Of a DNA stretch of 39,509 nt, positions 11,392 through 21,939 are shown one piece after another. Position numbers and translations under genes: made by a program. A model generated the notes under the pieces. It had not been told where the DNA came from. It made no database searches and saw only the letters and a list, made by a program, of their open reading frames with translations. The stretch is from Rhizaria sp. SCN 62-66 (taxonomy: Eukaryota), in assembly GCA_001724265.1 (NCBI GenBank), contig MEDY01000058.1, positions 62,001 to 101,509 of the forward strand, in the 5' to 3' direction. How positions within the stretch are numbered: the stretch's first letter is position 1; each line of letters starts with the position of its first letter.

Positions 11392-12067
11392 GCGCGTGGC
11401 TGCTCTAATCATATTCAACAAATAGATGAGTCAACAAGAGAAGTACGAATTGGGGGGAGACCAACTTATGAAGTCGAGTCTTGAATGATTTACACACTTC
11501 AGTTTTAAGCAAGAATTAGCTCAATAAAGCAGTGATTGTTGAGATTTGCATTCAAAATTAGATCGTATAGAACGATGTGATGGATATTTGGTTCATGTTG
11601 TGTGCGTCAAAATTAATTGTGTAATTGTCGCGACATCTGTTGTTATAGGCCTGTAGGTATCATCACCAGTGATGTGTTCTTGGTCTGGCGCGCTGACCGT
11701 GGGCAATGCGGCTTAACTTGGGCTGCCAGTGAGTCGACCGAGGGTAGATCAAAAAGGCCCAGTTCTCGTCCCGTCATCCGTTGCTGCAAGCACGAGAGGG
11801 ATTTATAGTATCTTTGCGTTTCTTTGTATTTAATTCTCTTGCTACAAAGCGCTCCGGTATCCTTGGATACCTGTCAGCACCCCCTCGCTGCAGCCTCCAC
11901 TGGTCGGTCTCTTTGGCCGATGACCAAGCATCGCCTCTCTCGTGCATTTTCTTCATCAAGTCCATCATTAGAAACACAGCTTCAACGAATTTGTACAATC
12001 CATCTCACAAATTATCTTCCCATATTTGTCATTTTGCACTACCTTGCTCTGTACTGCCCCTGTCTAG

Positions 12068-12442
12068 ATGCTCCGCTCCCTCCGCGTTGTCTCCGCCCTC
12101 ACCAAGGTGCGCGCTGTGCCTGCCGCCTTCCCTGTCGTCTCGGTGTCTTCCCGCAAGTTCTCCGACGACTCGCGCAACTTTTTCCACGACTACGCCGCCA
12201 TTACCCGCCGCGTGACGACCGTTGTGGAGAACTTTGACCGCATCGACGCGGCCAACAAGGCCAAGATCGCCCCCGCCGCCAAGTTCAACGCCGACCTTGG
12301 CCTCGACTCGCTCGACTCCGTGGAGCTCGTGCTCGCTATGGAGGACGAGTTCGGCCTCGAGATCTCTGACGCCGACTCGGACAAGTTCACCAGCATCGAG
12401 GACGTCGCCAAGTTCATCGCTGGCAACCCCTCCGCCAAGTAA
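12068..12442 (+). CDS. ACP1: Mitochondrial acyl carrier protein (NDUFAB1/ACP1 type)
   Basis: Phosphopantetheine site DLGLDSLDSVELVLAMEDEFGLEI; R/S-rich presequence lacking acidic residues; ends TAA. Confidence 0.95.
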   Translation: MLRSLRVVSALTKVRAVPAAFPVVSVSSRKFSDDSRNFFHDYAAITRRVTTVVENFDRIDAANKAKIAPAAKFNADLGLDSLDSVELVLAMEDEFGLEISDADSDKFTSIEDVAKFIAGNPSAK

Positions 12443-13358
12443 GCGACGCGCCCCGGACAGCTCGCCCTGAGTGAGCAAATACTTAAGACGAGTCTTGTTA
12501 CTGTTACCGCCACCAAGTCGCTCTGCAAGCATGACATTAGCAAACTGTGTGGCATGATTCATGCGGTAGCATGATGGAAACAGCGTCAAGCTCACCAACA
12601 ACGCTGAGCAAGCTAACTAAAAGGCTAGACACAGCACAGAACGCTGACGCTCCTCAGTCGTGTCGCCGTGCCTGCTGTGCTTTGTTATGATCTCTCTAGG
12701 GTTCGGTACCGCGTGCCTATCATTGCGTTCTTTTCACCTTTTCCGCGTACCGCGTTTCAGTGCCGCCCATCTCTTGGTCCTCTCGAACAGAGAAGGTCAA
12801 GCGTAGGACATGTGACACTGACGTAGTAAGTGGAACTGCTGGCGCGGGAATGATGGCGCGACGTGACTGACCTTTATTTAACCTCTTTTCGACACTATAT
12901 CACGATGCGAACAACACACCGCGCAAGGAAGCCATATTTGTGCTTTCTCGTGACGTGCAGCGGCTGCTTTAAAAAGCTTCTTTATACTGTCTCTGTTGTG
13001 ACGCCAGCTGCTGGTGCGTTGCTTGCTGTGGGGTAGGATCGAGGCAAAACAATATCACACAATATTACACTTATACACATACATAGGAAATATCAACAGA
13101 ACACGAAAATATATTGTCTTACGGCTCGATAAGACGCTGTTGTATTGATCTTGAGGTTACGGCCCCACGCAAAATGTGGTTCACTGACTGGGTACAAAAT
13201 TAAGGATAACGCAGCTCAATGGCTGATGCAGAGTTCAGAACGACACACGGCAGTATACGCCCTCCCAATATACGCATGCAACTTAGTTACTGTTCAACTG
13301 ATGAGAACGCCGTCGCTTCGAGGCGTGTTAAGTGAACGCAGTTCGCTTCACTGCCAGC

Positions 13359-13664
13359 TCACCGGCCCTGGCGCGCGAGCTCGCCGCGGAGCCCCTCGAT
13401 CTGAGCCTCGTAGAGCTTGAGCTGGCGCACCAGCTCGGCGTTCTTCTCCTCGCAGTAGTTGAAGTCGGCCAGCGGGCGCGGAGACGGCGTCGTGGAGACG
13501 GCGAAGGTGCAAGCGTAGATGGTGAAGGCGAAAATCAGACCGAAGAGCACGATGAGACGCCGCGTGAAGGTATTGGCGCCTTCCATGGGGTCTGAACAAC
13601 TGCCACCAACGCCGCTGCTGCCGCCGTGGGAGTGGCCGTGACCGCCGTGCGCGCCGCGACCCAT
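13359..13664 (-). CDS. Small single-pass membrane protein with C-terminal coiled coil (unknown function, 101 aa)
   Basis: GC-rich island in an AT-richer spacer; ATG start; TM LIVLFGLIFAFTIYACTFAV; heptad-like ELVRQLKLYEAQIEGLRGELARQ; ends TGA. Confidence 0.65.
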   Translation of the reverse strand: MGRGAHGGHGHSHGGSSGVGGSCSDPMEGANTFTRRLIVLFGLIFAFTIYACTFAVSTTPSPRPLADFNYCEEKNAELVRQLKLYEAQIEGLRGELARQGR

Positions 13665-14073
13665 GAAGCGATGCTGGGGTGAAAAGAGGTTGTGTGAGAG
13701 AAAGTCGTAGAACGAGCGAGCTTTTGAGTTAAGAAACTGGGTTTCAGCGAAGTCCCATGAAGAATAATTTTAGGTAGGTAATATATATCGAGTTTTTAAT
13801 CACGATACCCACTGCCAATTCCTATACAACGACAAATCCAAGTGCGAACATCGGTTTCTTCCGTGCTGTTCACGAGTGTGGGTGACTCCACCAGACCGCG
13901 TGGCGACGGAACGGCTATGGCGGTGCAGAACTCGGGTCAAAGCCGCAGATTTAGCGGGTAACAAACATCAGTGAGAGCCAAACTGAGATATTATATACAA
14001 TCATATGTATTATTTCCTAGTGTAACATAATATTATTAACAAGACAAAAAGACGACGAGCGCCGAGAGCTAAC

Positions 14074-15681
14074 TTACTCGAACTTGCGGTTCTTAAGCTG
14101 CTTCTCGATGCGCTCCTCGTCCAGATCGACCTGCTTGGCCTGCGCGAACTGCTCCACGGCGGACTTGACAAACATGCCAATCATGAGCAGCACAAACCAG
14201 CCCCAGGTCCACTTGAGCCAGCCCTCCTGCTCGGCCTCGGCTGCCGTCGCCGCTGCGTTGACACCGAACTTGGTGACAGTGCTGGCGATGCCCGCGCGCA
14301 CCTTGTCGGCCACCACGGGCGCGATGCGGTCCGTGAAGCTCAGAAGCATCTCGCGGTGCGGCGTGGAAAACATCAGGATGAAGAACGCGGCCTGACCGTT
14401 GACCTTGATCAGCGCCTTGCCGACCAGCGTGCCCAGGAAGAAGGTCCAGAAGGGCATCAGGAAGTGGCCGCAACACATGCCGCAGAGATCGAACAGTGCA
14501 TTAGGATACGCCGAGAAAGCAAGCACGCCCCAGAAGCCGTAGGACTTGATGAACTTGATCATCCAGACCTTCATGGCGTCCACGGCCGTCTTGGGCGGCG
14601 CGTCGAGATCGATCTCCTCAAACTCGTCGTTACGCTGCCCAGCCTCGCGCGCTGCGCGCGAGATCCAGTACGGGGGGATCTCGCCCACGGCCGTGCCGGC
14701 GCCCCAGAGCAGGCACGGGATAAGGACCTTAAGGAAGATGGCCGCGAAGGACGCCGCGGTGCCCGCGGGGGCGGGAGCGGAGCACACAAAGGCCGGGGCG
14801 GTGTCACGGAACCACATGTCAGCCAGGGAATCGAACGAGACGTTGCCGCACTCGTTGGCGGCCAGACACACGCGCATGATGTGGGGGAAGAGGAACAACA
14901 CGCCGGAGTGCATGCCGGTGCCGAAGCCGATGGATGAGAGGACGCCGAGGCCGATCCACCACACCGCGACCTCGACCGCCTTCTCCAGCAGTGCGCAGTA
15001 GACCTGTGGAGAGGGATAACAAATATACAGGTTTAGGACGAAGGATGAAGCATATAGTGAGTGAAAAGTCGATAAATTCATACAAAAACATATCATTACA
15101 TCTTTTAATTGAACAATACTTTAATTGATGCGTCTAAGGCAGAGATATATGCTGTTTAGTCTATGTGAGTGTGAGTATGATATTGTGCATCACCCAGCTG
15201 CTGAGATACGTACCTGGTGGGGGCCGGCGACCATGGATCCGAAGGCCCAGAGGGCGAAGACGGGCAGCACAAAGAACTTGGTGACGGGGTGCGAGGACAG
15301 GAAGACGAGCAGCGCGGCGCCCTGCTCGGCGATGACCATGCTGATGTTGCGCAGGGTGACGAGGGGGGAGTGGAAGAGGGTGATCTCCTCGCGCGCCGCC
15401 TTCAGGCTCGCGAGATACTCGACGGGGACGGAGGCCGTGGCGGCGTCCGTGCGCACACGGTTGCCGAAGGCGTCGGTGGTGTAGAGCCCCGACGCGCGGT
15501 CCGCCAGCGTGCGGTCGTACACGGCCCAGTTGGAGAGGTTCTTGCAGCCGCGCGCGACGAAGAGGAAGACGAGCACGGCCGCCAGCACCGCCGCGCCCAG
15601 CACGACGGGCTCAAAGCGGGAGCCAGCGCCCACAGCCGCGGGAGCGAGGGACAGCACGAGCTGCTTGAAGTGAGCAAGCAT
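14074..15681 (-). CDS. VMP1: Vacuole membrane protein 1 (VMP1/TMEM49, DedA/VTT-domain), 2 exons: 15681-15214, 15003-14074; ~465 aa
   Basis: WWIGLGVLSSIGFGTGMHSGVLFLFPHI, WGAGTAVGEIPPYWISRAA, PNALFDLCGMCCGHFLMPFWTFFLGTLVGKA; ends TAA. Confidence 0.93.
15004..15213 (-). other. Spliceosomal intron, phase 0 (VMP1)
   Basis: CAG|gtacgt ... ccctctccacag|GTC; AT-rich; joins GPHQ to VYCALLEK. Confidence 0.88.
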
Positions 15682-15914
15682 GGTGCTGTGAGCGGATATT
15701 GGGAGTGAAACTAGTTAGCATCAGTGGTGAGAAGGGATACGGTGTGCAAAGGACATTGTAGCGATTTCAAACGGGTTTTCATTGCGTTAAAATTTAAAAT
15801 ACATGTTAAATGCAACATGGAGTATAATAATATTGCTATTGCAGACAACTTCAAGAAGAGATCCTGACGGAATAAGCTCCCGAAGATCGTGCTAGTTTTG
15901 TGTGGCGGTTGGCG

Positions 15915-15950
15915 ATCGACCACAAAAGCGGCTCGGGTTCGCAAAAAATG
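15915..15950. promoter_or_regulatory. Candidate promoter module (ATCGACCACAA ... GGTTCGCAAAAAATG) in a divergent spacer
   Basis: 15936-15950 is the exact reverse complement of 21256-21270; ATCGACCACAA (15915-15925) also occurs at 287-297. Confidence 0.45.
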
Positions 15951-16376
15951 TGTGGAGCCAACAGCGAGTGACCACAAAGAAACGTTTCTCACGAGCTATC
16001 TTCGCGCTCCTGCAGAGCCTCATAGTGTTCATATATAGACGTATAAAATGACCACCGTATGTTCGGCGTTGTATATGTTACTATCTGTGTTTAGGTTATT
16101 GTTTTACGGAGACATGCCTGTGCATAGCAAGCTTAGAAGCACCTCACAACTCTCTGTTGACTGGCACTTGCTCACTCCTTTCTTTCCTCGTCTCTCGTCA
16201 TTGTTTCTTTATGTCTCTTCAAGAAAGTGCACGTTTACTGCAGTTAACTGGTAAACCTACACTTAATCTCTACTTAGTCCTCGCTAACCCCTCTTCTGTG
16301 GCTCCAGCAGCAGGAGCTAAGCAGCCAACTCGCGTCCCACCCGTTTACTTCTCTCCCACGCGACTGCACACACAGC

Positions 16377-18575
16377 ATGGGCGCGACGTGTTCCAAGTCG
16401 GACGGCGGCTCAGACGCCAACGGCGGCGTGTCTGTTGACGTGCACCGGTCCAAGGTGGCGCGCACGACCACGCACGGCTGGGTTGACGCGCCGGACCTGA
16501 CGCCCACGGTCACCACGGGCGACACATTCAAGATCGTCTTCCTGGGCTCCGCAAAGGTCGGCAAGACCTCGCTCGTGCGCCGTTGGGTGCAAAACGCTTT
16601 CGACACTGAGTGCTACACGCCGACCGTGCGCGTGGACATTGTCTCGCGCATGGTCGCCGTCAAGAACACGATCGTGAACCTCGAGGTGTGGGACGCTCCC
16701 TCGCACCCAGATGTGCGCGACCACATGCTCGACACCTACTACGACGGCGCGGACGCCGTCATCCTCGTCGGCGACGTGCTCCGGCCCGCCTCCTTTAAGG
16801 ACCTGGGCGACACCGTCATGGCGCGCCTCACCGCGTACTGCGGCCTTCACTACAACGAAGTGCTGCCCCTGGTGGTCATGTTGGCCAACAAGAAGGACCT
16901 ACAGGAGGGGCCCGCGAGCGCAGTCATGTCCGAGGAGGTCTGCCAGATCACGGCCGAGACCTACGGCGCTGAGCGCGCGTTCCTGACTTCCGCGCTGACG
17001 TCTGACCGCGTGGACGACGCGATGGAGTATGTGCTCGCGCAGCTGCTGCAGCGGCCGCAGCGCGTGTGGCGCGACGCAGACGAGACCTACCTCGCGCGCG
17101 CGGCCGAGCGGCGGCAGAAGGAGGCCGACGCCGCCGCGCTTGCCACGAAGCAGCAGGAGGAGGCCGACGCTGAAGCCGAGCGCGAGCTCGTCGCGGCCGC
17201 CAAGGCACAGCGCCGCGCGCTGGGCCTCGAGGTCGAGGACTCAGACCGCTCGGACGAGTTCGACGACGAGGACGCCATCGGCGACGAGCTGGGCGACAGC
17301 AACGGTAAGCTCGGCGGCGGCGGCGGCAGCGGCGCGCACGTGGCCGACGGACGCGACTCGGACTCGGACTCCGAAGGCGGGGCCAACGGCGCGGGCGGCG
17401 CCTCCAAGCGCCCCCGCTCCAGCGAAGGCAGCACCAACGGGGCCAACAGCGGTGGCAACGCCGCGGGACCCAACGGCAGCGCGAATGGCGGCGGGCTCAG
17501 CCGCGCACCATCAGCGCAGCGCCGCCGCGGGAGTAATCCTTTCGCGGGCGTCGTCGCGCTCACGCTGCCCGGCGCGCAGGGCTCCGGTGCCGTGCTGCGC
17601 CGCGGCAGCGCGGGCTTCCTGGGCCCCGCCGCGCTCAATAATACGGGGGCAGGGGGCGACTTCAGCCAGTCCGGCCCCGGGCTGGGCCCCGGCTCGCGGC
17701 CCGTCTCGTCGGGCCACGGCGTCGGCCGCCGCGCATCTCTATCGGACCTCAACAACAACAACTCGGCCGCCGCAGCCGCTGCGGCCGCCGCCGCGTCCTC
17801 GGCCGAGTCCGGCGGTGGCGTTGGCGGCGCGCTGGCCGGCGGCGGCGAAGGCGGGCTGCGCAGCAACATGGGCGGGCGGCGCGGATCGCTGCGGCGGCCG
17901 CAGAGCGGCGAGTACGTGCCGCCGTCGTCCGCGGCCGGGACGAAGCGCGTGGTCATCAGCGACGCTGTGGACGAGCGGAGCTTCGTCAAGGACCACGGCG
18001 ACGACAGCGACGACGGCAACAGCGACGATGACGCCGTTAATAACAACTCGAGCGCGGCCTCCGGCGTCAAGCCGTCTTCTTTGCTTGCGATGAACGAGGA
18101 CGCCGGCCACCACCGGGACCAGGGCAGCGACAACGACGACCACCACGACGACCCCGAAGACGACGGCGACGACGCCGAGGCCCTGCGCGCGGCCACTCCG
18201 CCCTCGGCCGCGGCCTCGGCGCCCGTGTCGGCGTCGGCGTCGCCCACCGCGGTGTCCCCCGCGCCCTCGCCGGGCCCCGGGCCGGTGTCGCCAACCAACC
18301 ACGGGCGCGGCCACAGCGGCGGCGACGCCCATGGCAAGCCTGCGGACCACGGTGACGATGGCTTCGACCAAGACGATGATGATCGCGACGGCGGCGACAC
18401 CGGCGACGGCGCTAGCGCGGGCGCGAGCGCGGCGGCGACGACCGAGGCCGCGAGCAACCACCACGACGACGACGGGGACGATGACAACGCAGAGGCCGAG
18501 GCTGCGCCGGTGGCTCGCCACCAGGAGGAGGAGCGGAAGGGCGGTGACGCCGACGACGGCTTTGATGAGGAGTGA
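16377..18575 (+). CDS. Atypical Rab/Ras-like small GTPase with N-terminal acylation signal and ~500-aa disordered tail
   Basis: FKIVFLGSAKVGKTS (G1), YTPTV (G2), LEVWDAPSH (altered G3), NKKD (G4), TSAL (G5); N-terminus MGATCSK; no C-terminal Cys; ends TGA. Confidence 0.85.
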   Translation: MGATCSKSDGGSDANGGVSVDVHRSKVARTTTHGWVDAPDLTPTVTTGDTFKIVFLGSAKVGKTSLVRRWVQNAFDTECYTPTVRVDIVSRMVAVKNTIVNLEVWDAPSHPDVRDHMLDTYYDGADAVILVGDVLRPASFKDLGDTVMARLTAYCGLHYNEVLPLVVMLANKKDLQEGPASAVMSEEVCQITAETYGAERAFLTSALTSDRVDDAMEYVLAQLLQRPQRVWRDADETYLARAAERRQKEADAAALATKQQEEADAEAERELVAAAKAQRRALGLEVEDSDRSDEFDDEDAIGDELGDSNGKLGGGGGSGAHVADGRDSDSDSEGGANGAGGASKRPRSSEGSTNGANSGGNAAGPNGSANGGGLSRAPSAQRRRGSNPFAGVVALTLPGAQGSGAVLRRGSAGFLGPAALNNTGAGGDFSQSGPGLGPGSRPVSSGHGVGRRASLSDLNNNNSAAAAAAAAAASSAESGGGVGGALAGGGEGGLRSNMGGRRGSLRRPQSGEYVPPSSAAGTKRVVISDAVDERSFVKDHGDDSDDGNSDDDAVNNNSSAASGVKPSSLLAMNEDAGHHRDQGSDNDDHHDDPEDDGDDAEALRAATPPSAAASAPVSASASPTAVSPAPSPGPGPVSPTNHGRGHSGGDAHGKPADHGDDGFDQDDDDRDGGDTGDGASAGASAAATTEAASNHHDDDGDDDNAEAEAAPVARHQEEERKGGDADDGFDEE

Positions 18576-18935
18576 GTTCTCGGAAGTTAAGCCATATGCA
18601 ACAAGCTTCGCCACTTGAAGTTTACTGCGTGTGTCAATCCACATAAAAGGCCAGTCAGCTGTTTAGGTAATTATCTGGACAGTGCGTGATATATTAGCAT
18701 GACGTATGAGTTTACTTCTTTTGGTCTAGTTGATTAAACACATGCTGTTAAGTCTTGCAAATGCATTAAACACACTGAATACAAACAAGCCCGGTTCTCA
18801 ACACGGACCAAGAGTGTTATTCCATGCACAAGGTGCAAATAGAGATCATGACAAGGGCATGTTTCCGTAAATAAACTATGTATCGATGTATTATCTCGAG
18901 TTGAACAGGACTATGTTAAAAACTCACTCACCATC

Positions 18936-20993
18936 TCACCATTGCAGCTGCTCACTGTCATCCGCGTCGTACACGGGCGCCGGCAGCGGGTCGTTCAAGA
19001 AGAACCCGTTGTCGCTGATATAGCGCAGACACTGCAACACCTTGCTGTACTCCTTGGTGACGTCGTCCGCGAAAAGCTTCCGCAGCAGCGACACGCTCGG
19101 CGGCGGCAGCTCCCTTTCCCCCGCGCCGCCCCGGCCGCCGCGCCCGCCGCCGCGCCCGCCGCGGACACCGGCGCCGCCGCGGCCGCCGCGCGCGGCGCCG
19201 CCGTTGCCGGTGGCGGCTGCGACCGCGGCAAGCTGCTGCTGCGTGTCGCGCAGCGAGTCCCAGGTGAGCGCGCGGGGTGCGCCCGTGGTCTCCTCGAAGC
19301 CGGCGGCCCCCAGCAGCAGCCGCTCGGGCGCCGCCGAGGCCGAGGCCGCGGACCAGGGGTTCAGGCGGGATAGTGATAACAGGCGCGGCACAGCGGCGTT
19401 GGCCGCGGCCATGGCGGCAGACGCGGGTGATGCCGATGTCGGGGCTGGGGCTGAGGCTGATGCGGAAGTTGAGGTTGAAGTTGAGGGCTCGCTTGCAGAA
19501 GTCTCGGTCACAGCTGCAGCCGCGGGGGTTGATACGTCGTTGTTTGAGAGAGCGTTCGTGTCCAATGCTGAGACTGCTAAGAGGGCAGCTGTGGCATCTG
19601 CCGCAGTCTCTGTCTGAGGCTGGCCAGTCTCGCTGGTGTTGACAGAGGTGTCTGCAGAATGACCTGCCTTGTCAGCGTCATCACCGGTCATCGCTGTGGC
19701 GAGACCAACTGCGGTGAGGTTGCCAGCATCGGCACTGCTCGGCGTCGCTGTGGCGTCGTCACTGCTGGTCACAATCTCATCGCCATTGCCTGCACTGGTC
19801 ACATCAGCAGCACCTGCAGCGGAAGCAGCGTCGCCCTTGTTGTTGCCGTCACGAGAAACCTTCGTAGGCTGAGCCTGAGCTTGTGATTGAACAGACTGCG
19901 ACTGCGCCTGTGGGACCAGCGGCGCGATGCGTGGCGGCGGCGGCGGGCCGCGCAGAGGCAGCTCCACCGGTCCCCTGTCGTCGTCGCTGTCGCTGGGGCT
20001 ATCGTCACCGTAGCACGACAGGCCCAGCAGCACTCTGCCGGCCTTGCTGCAAGAGTCCGAGCCCAAGCCCGCAGCACCAGAGCCTGAGCCTGAGCCGGGC
20101 TGTGGCGGCCTAGGCTGCCCCTCGCTGTCGTTGCTGTCGGTGCAGCTGCTCTGCGTCGCGGCATCGGCACTGATGACCGTGGGCCGCGGACGGCGGGGGT
20201 ACTTAGCCCTGCGCTCGGCCATCCACGCGCTAAGGGCCTCGGGGCTGCCGTCCGCGGGCAGGCGCGAGAGCAGGTCTGCAGGCACGTCGGGCGCGGGGAA
20301 AAACGGCGGCGGCCGGCGGCTGGCGTTCACTGAACTGTTATGAACAGGAGCGTTTGCACTTGCGCTTGCGCTTGGGCTCGATGAGCTAGAGCTAGAGCTA
20401 GCGCCGCAGCTGGAGCTAGGTGCTGCGACAACTGGCGTCGAAACTACAGTCGTGGTGGGGGCACTGTTGTCGTCGTCAGGGGGAAAGCGCACGTGGCGAG
20501 CAGAATCGCCGTTGTTGCTGTTGTTGCAGCTTTTGTTGTTCTTGTTACGCTGCTGCTGCTGCTGATGCTGTTTGCCATACTTCGAGTTACCATTCGCGCT
20601 ACTCTTGTCCGTACCTGGAGACAATGCCACTGTCGATGCCAAAGCATTGCTGCTCGCATTAGCGCCACTGTTGCTGTTGCTGTTGCCGTTGCTACTGCTG
20701 TTGGCCGAGTTTGTGCGTGCAAAGAACGTCGTCGAGGTCAGGAAAGACGGCGCGGGACGCATAGGGCCGCACGCGACGGCCGCGGCAACGGGGCCAGACA
20801 CGGGCCCGCTGGCCACCGCGGCAACACCGCCGGCCGCGGGGGTCGGGGAGTGCGCACGCTAGTGCGACTGCGAATGCGTCTGCGATTGTGTTTGTGAGGT
20901 GGTGGGTTTCTGGCCGAAAGAAGAGGGCTGAGATGGGGCAGCACCAAGGAATGGCGCTGCAGCAGCGTTCATAACTGCGGCCCAGTCCGTCAT
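18936..20993 (-). CDS. NUFIP1/Rsa1-like box C/D snoRNP assembly factor (~685 aa) with one in-frame TAG (20859-20861)
   Basis: SPEALSAWMAERRAKYP resembles the NUFIP1/Rsa1 PEP motif, and the C-terminal SLLRKLFADDVTKEYSKVLQCLRYISDNGFF resembles the NUFIP1 C-terminus. ATG 20993 (MTDWAAV...) is in frame with track ORF 18936..20816 across one TAG. Ends TGA. Confidence 0.72.
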
Positions 20994-21255
20994 TTTAAGA
21001 CTGTTTGGCGATATGCAAATATTTGACGACGTGGGAGTTAGAAAGAAGTAAGGAACGATTGAGAGTGAGCTAGAGGCGGAGAGCGTGACGGAGTTGACCG
21101 AGAACGAGACGATGATTCCCTTCTGAAAGATAACAATAACAGCTACAAAGTTCAAACGCAACATGTCTGTATATTCTAGTCTTGTTATGCACAATAACGG
21201 ACTATAGAGAGCACATCAGATGTGTTGATTGGCAACGGGTGGGACCTGATTCGGC

Positions 21256-21310
21256 CATTTTTTGCGAACCGCTCTCACTCGACGCTTTCGCTCGAAAAAA
21301 TTGTGGTTCG
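21256..21310. promoter_or_regulatory. Candidate promoter module (CATTTTTTGCGAACC ... TTGTGGTTCG) in a divergent spacer
   Basis: Same two elements and same relative orientation as 15915-15950, on the opposite strand. Confidence 0.45.
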
Positions 21311-21939
21311 TTCGATCTGGCCTGTCACTTGCCTGGTCTGTAGAGCCGCTTCAGTCTGACGAGAGATAATGTGTATGTGCTTTCTTATAAGGCGTGGTTG
21401 GTGTATATCTTTATTTATTGCGACTACTCCATCCGTGGTCGTCTACGCCGCTTGGGAGCTGGATTTTATTCACCCTTGGCCATCAGATCACAGCCAGACT
21501 CGTGCTCGACACTTTCTTTGCATACGCGCTCCAGATTTCCGCCACACATTTTGCCGTGACACTAAACGTTGGTTTTTGCTTCTGATTATCTGTTTTTGAT
21601 GGCTAAAAAAACGGTAACGTCGATTCCCGTCAGCTACACACGTTCTTGGTTCTCCAACCTCACCTTGCACGCTGCCTTGTCCAAACTGTTCTTCCCGCTT
21701 CTTGCCCCGGCCACAGACACTTTCCGTTCGCTCACTCGTTTATCCCGAGGCGCACTTCACCTAGCACTTTTCCGTCCCTTTTCTCCGTCCCCGCGTGCTT
21801 CGCAGTCCACGCGCACCCGGCCCTTTCCAGCCTAGCAGCGGTCCCTCCCCCGCCGCCCCCTTCCCACCCACTCTTCCGCCTCTCTGCCGCGCCCCGCCTC
21901 CTTCGTTGCTCCGCGCACCCGCACTCGCTCCCCGGCTCG

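Noticed and set aside
759-15681. Lipid/membrane gene cluster (lipase, ACP, VMP1)
   Set aside because: Different compartments and pathways, interspersed with unrelated genes; no evidence of co-regulation.
17029-18644. Alternative-frame and antisense ORFs (354, 466, 301 aa) over the GTPase gene; likewise 1002..2948 over the lipase
   Set aside because: Expected by-products of high-GC low-complexity coding sequence; no recognisable motifs.
21646-21939. N-terminal extension of the ankyrin ORF in the track
   Set aside because: Begins at a non-ATG codon and is pyrimidine-rich, more like 5' UTR or intron; ATG 21940 is preferred.
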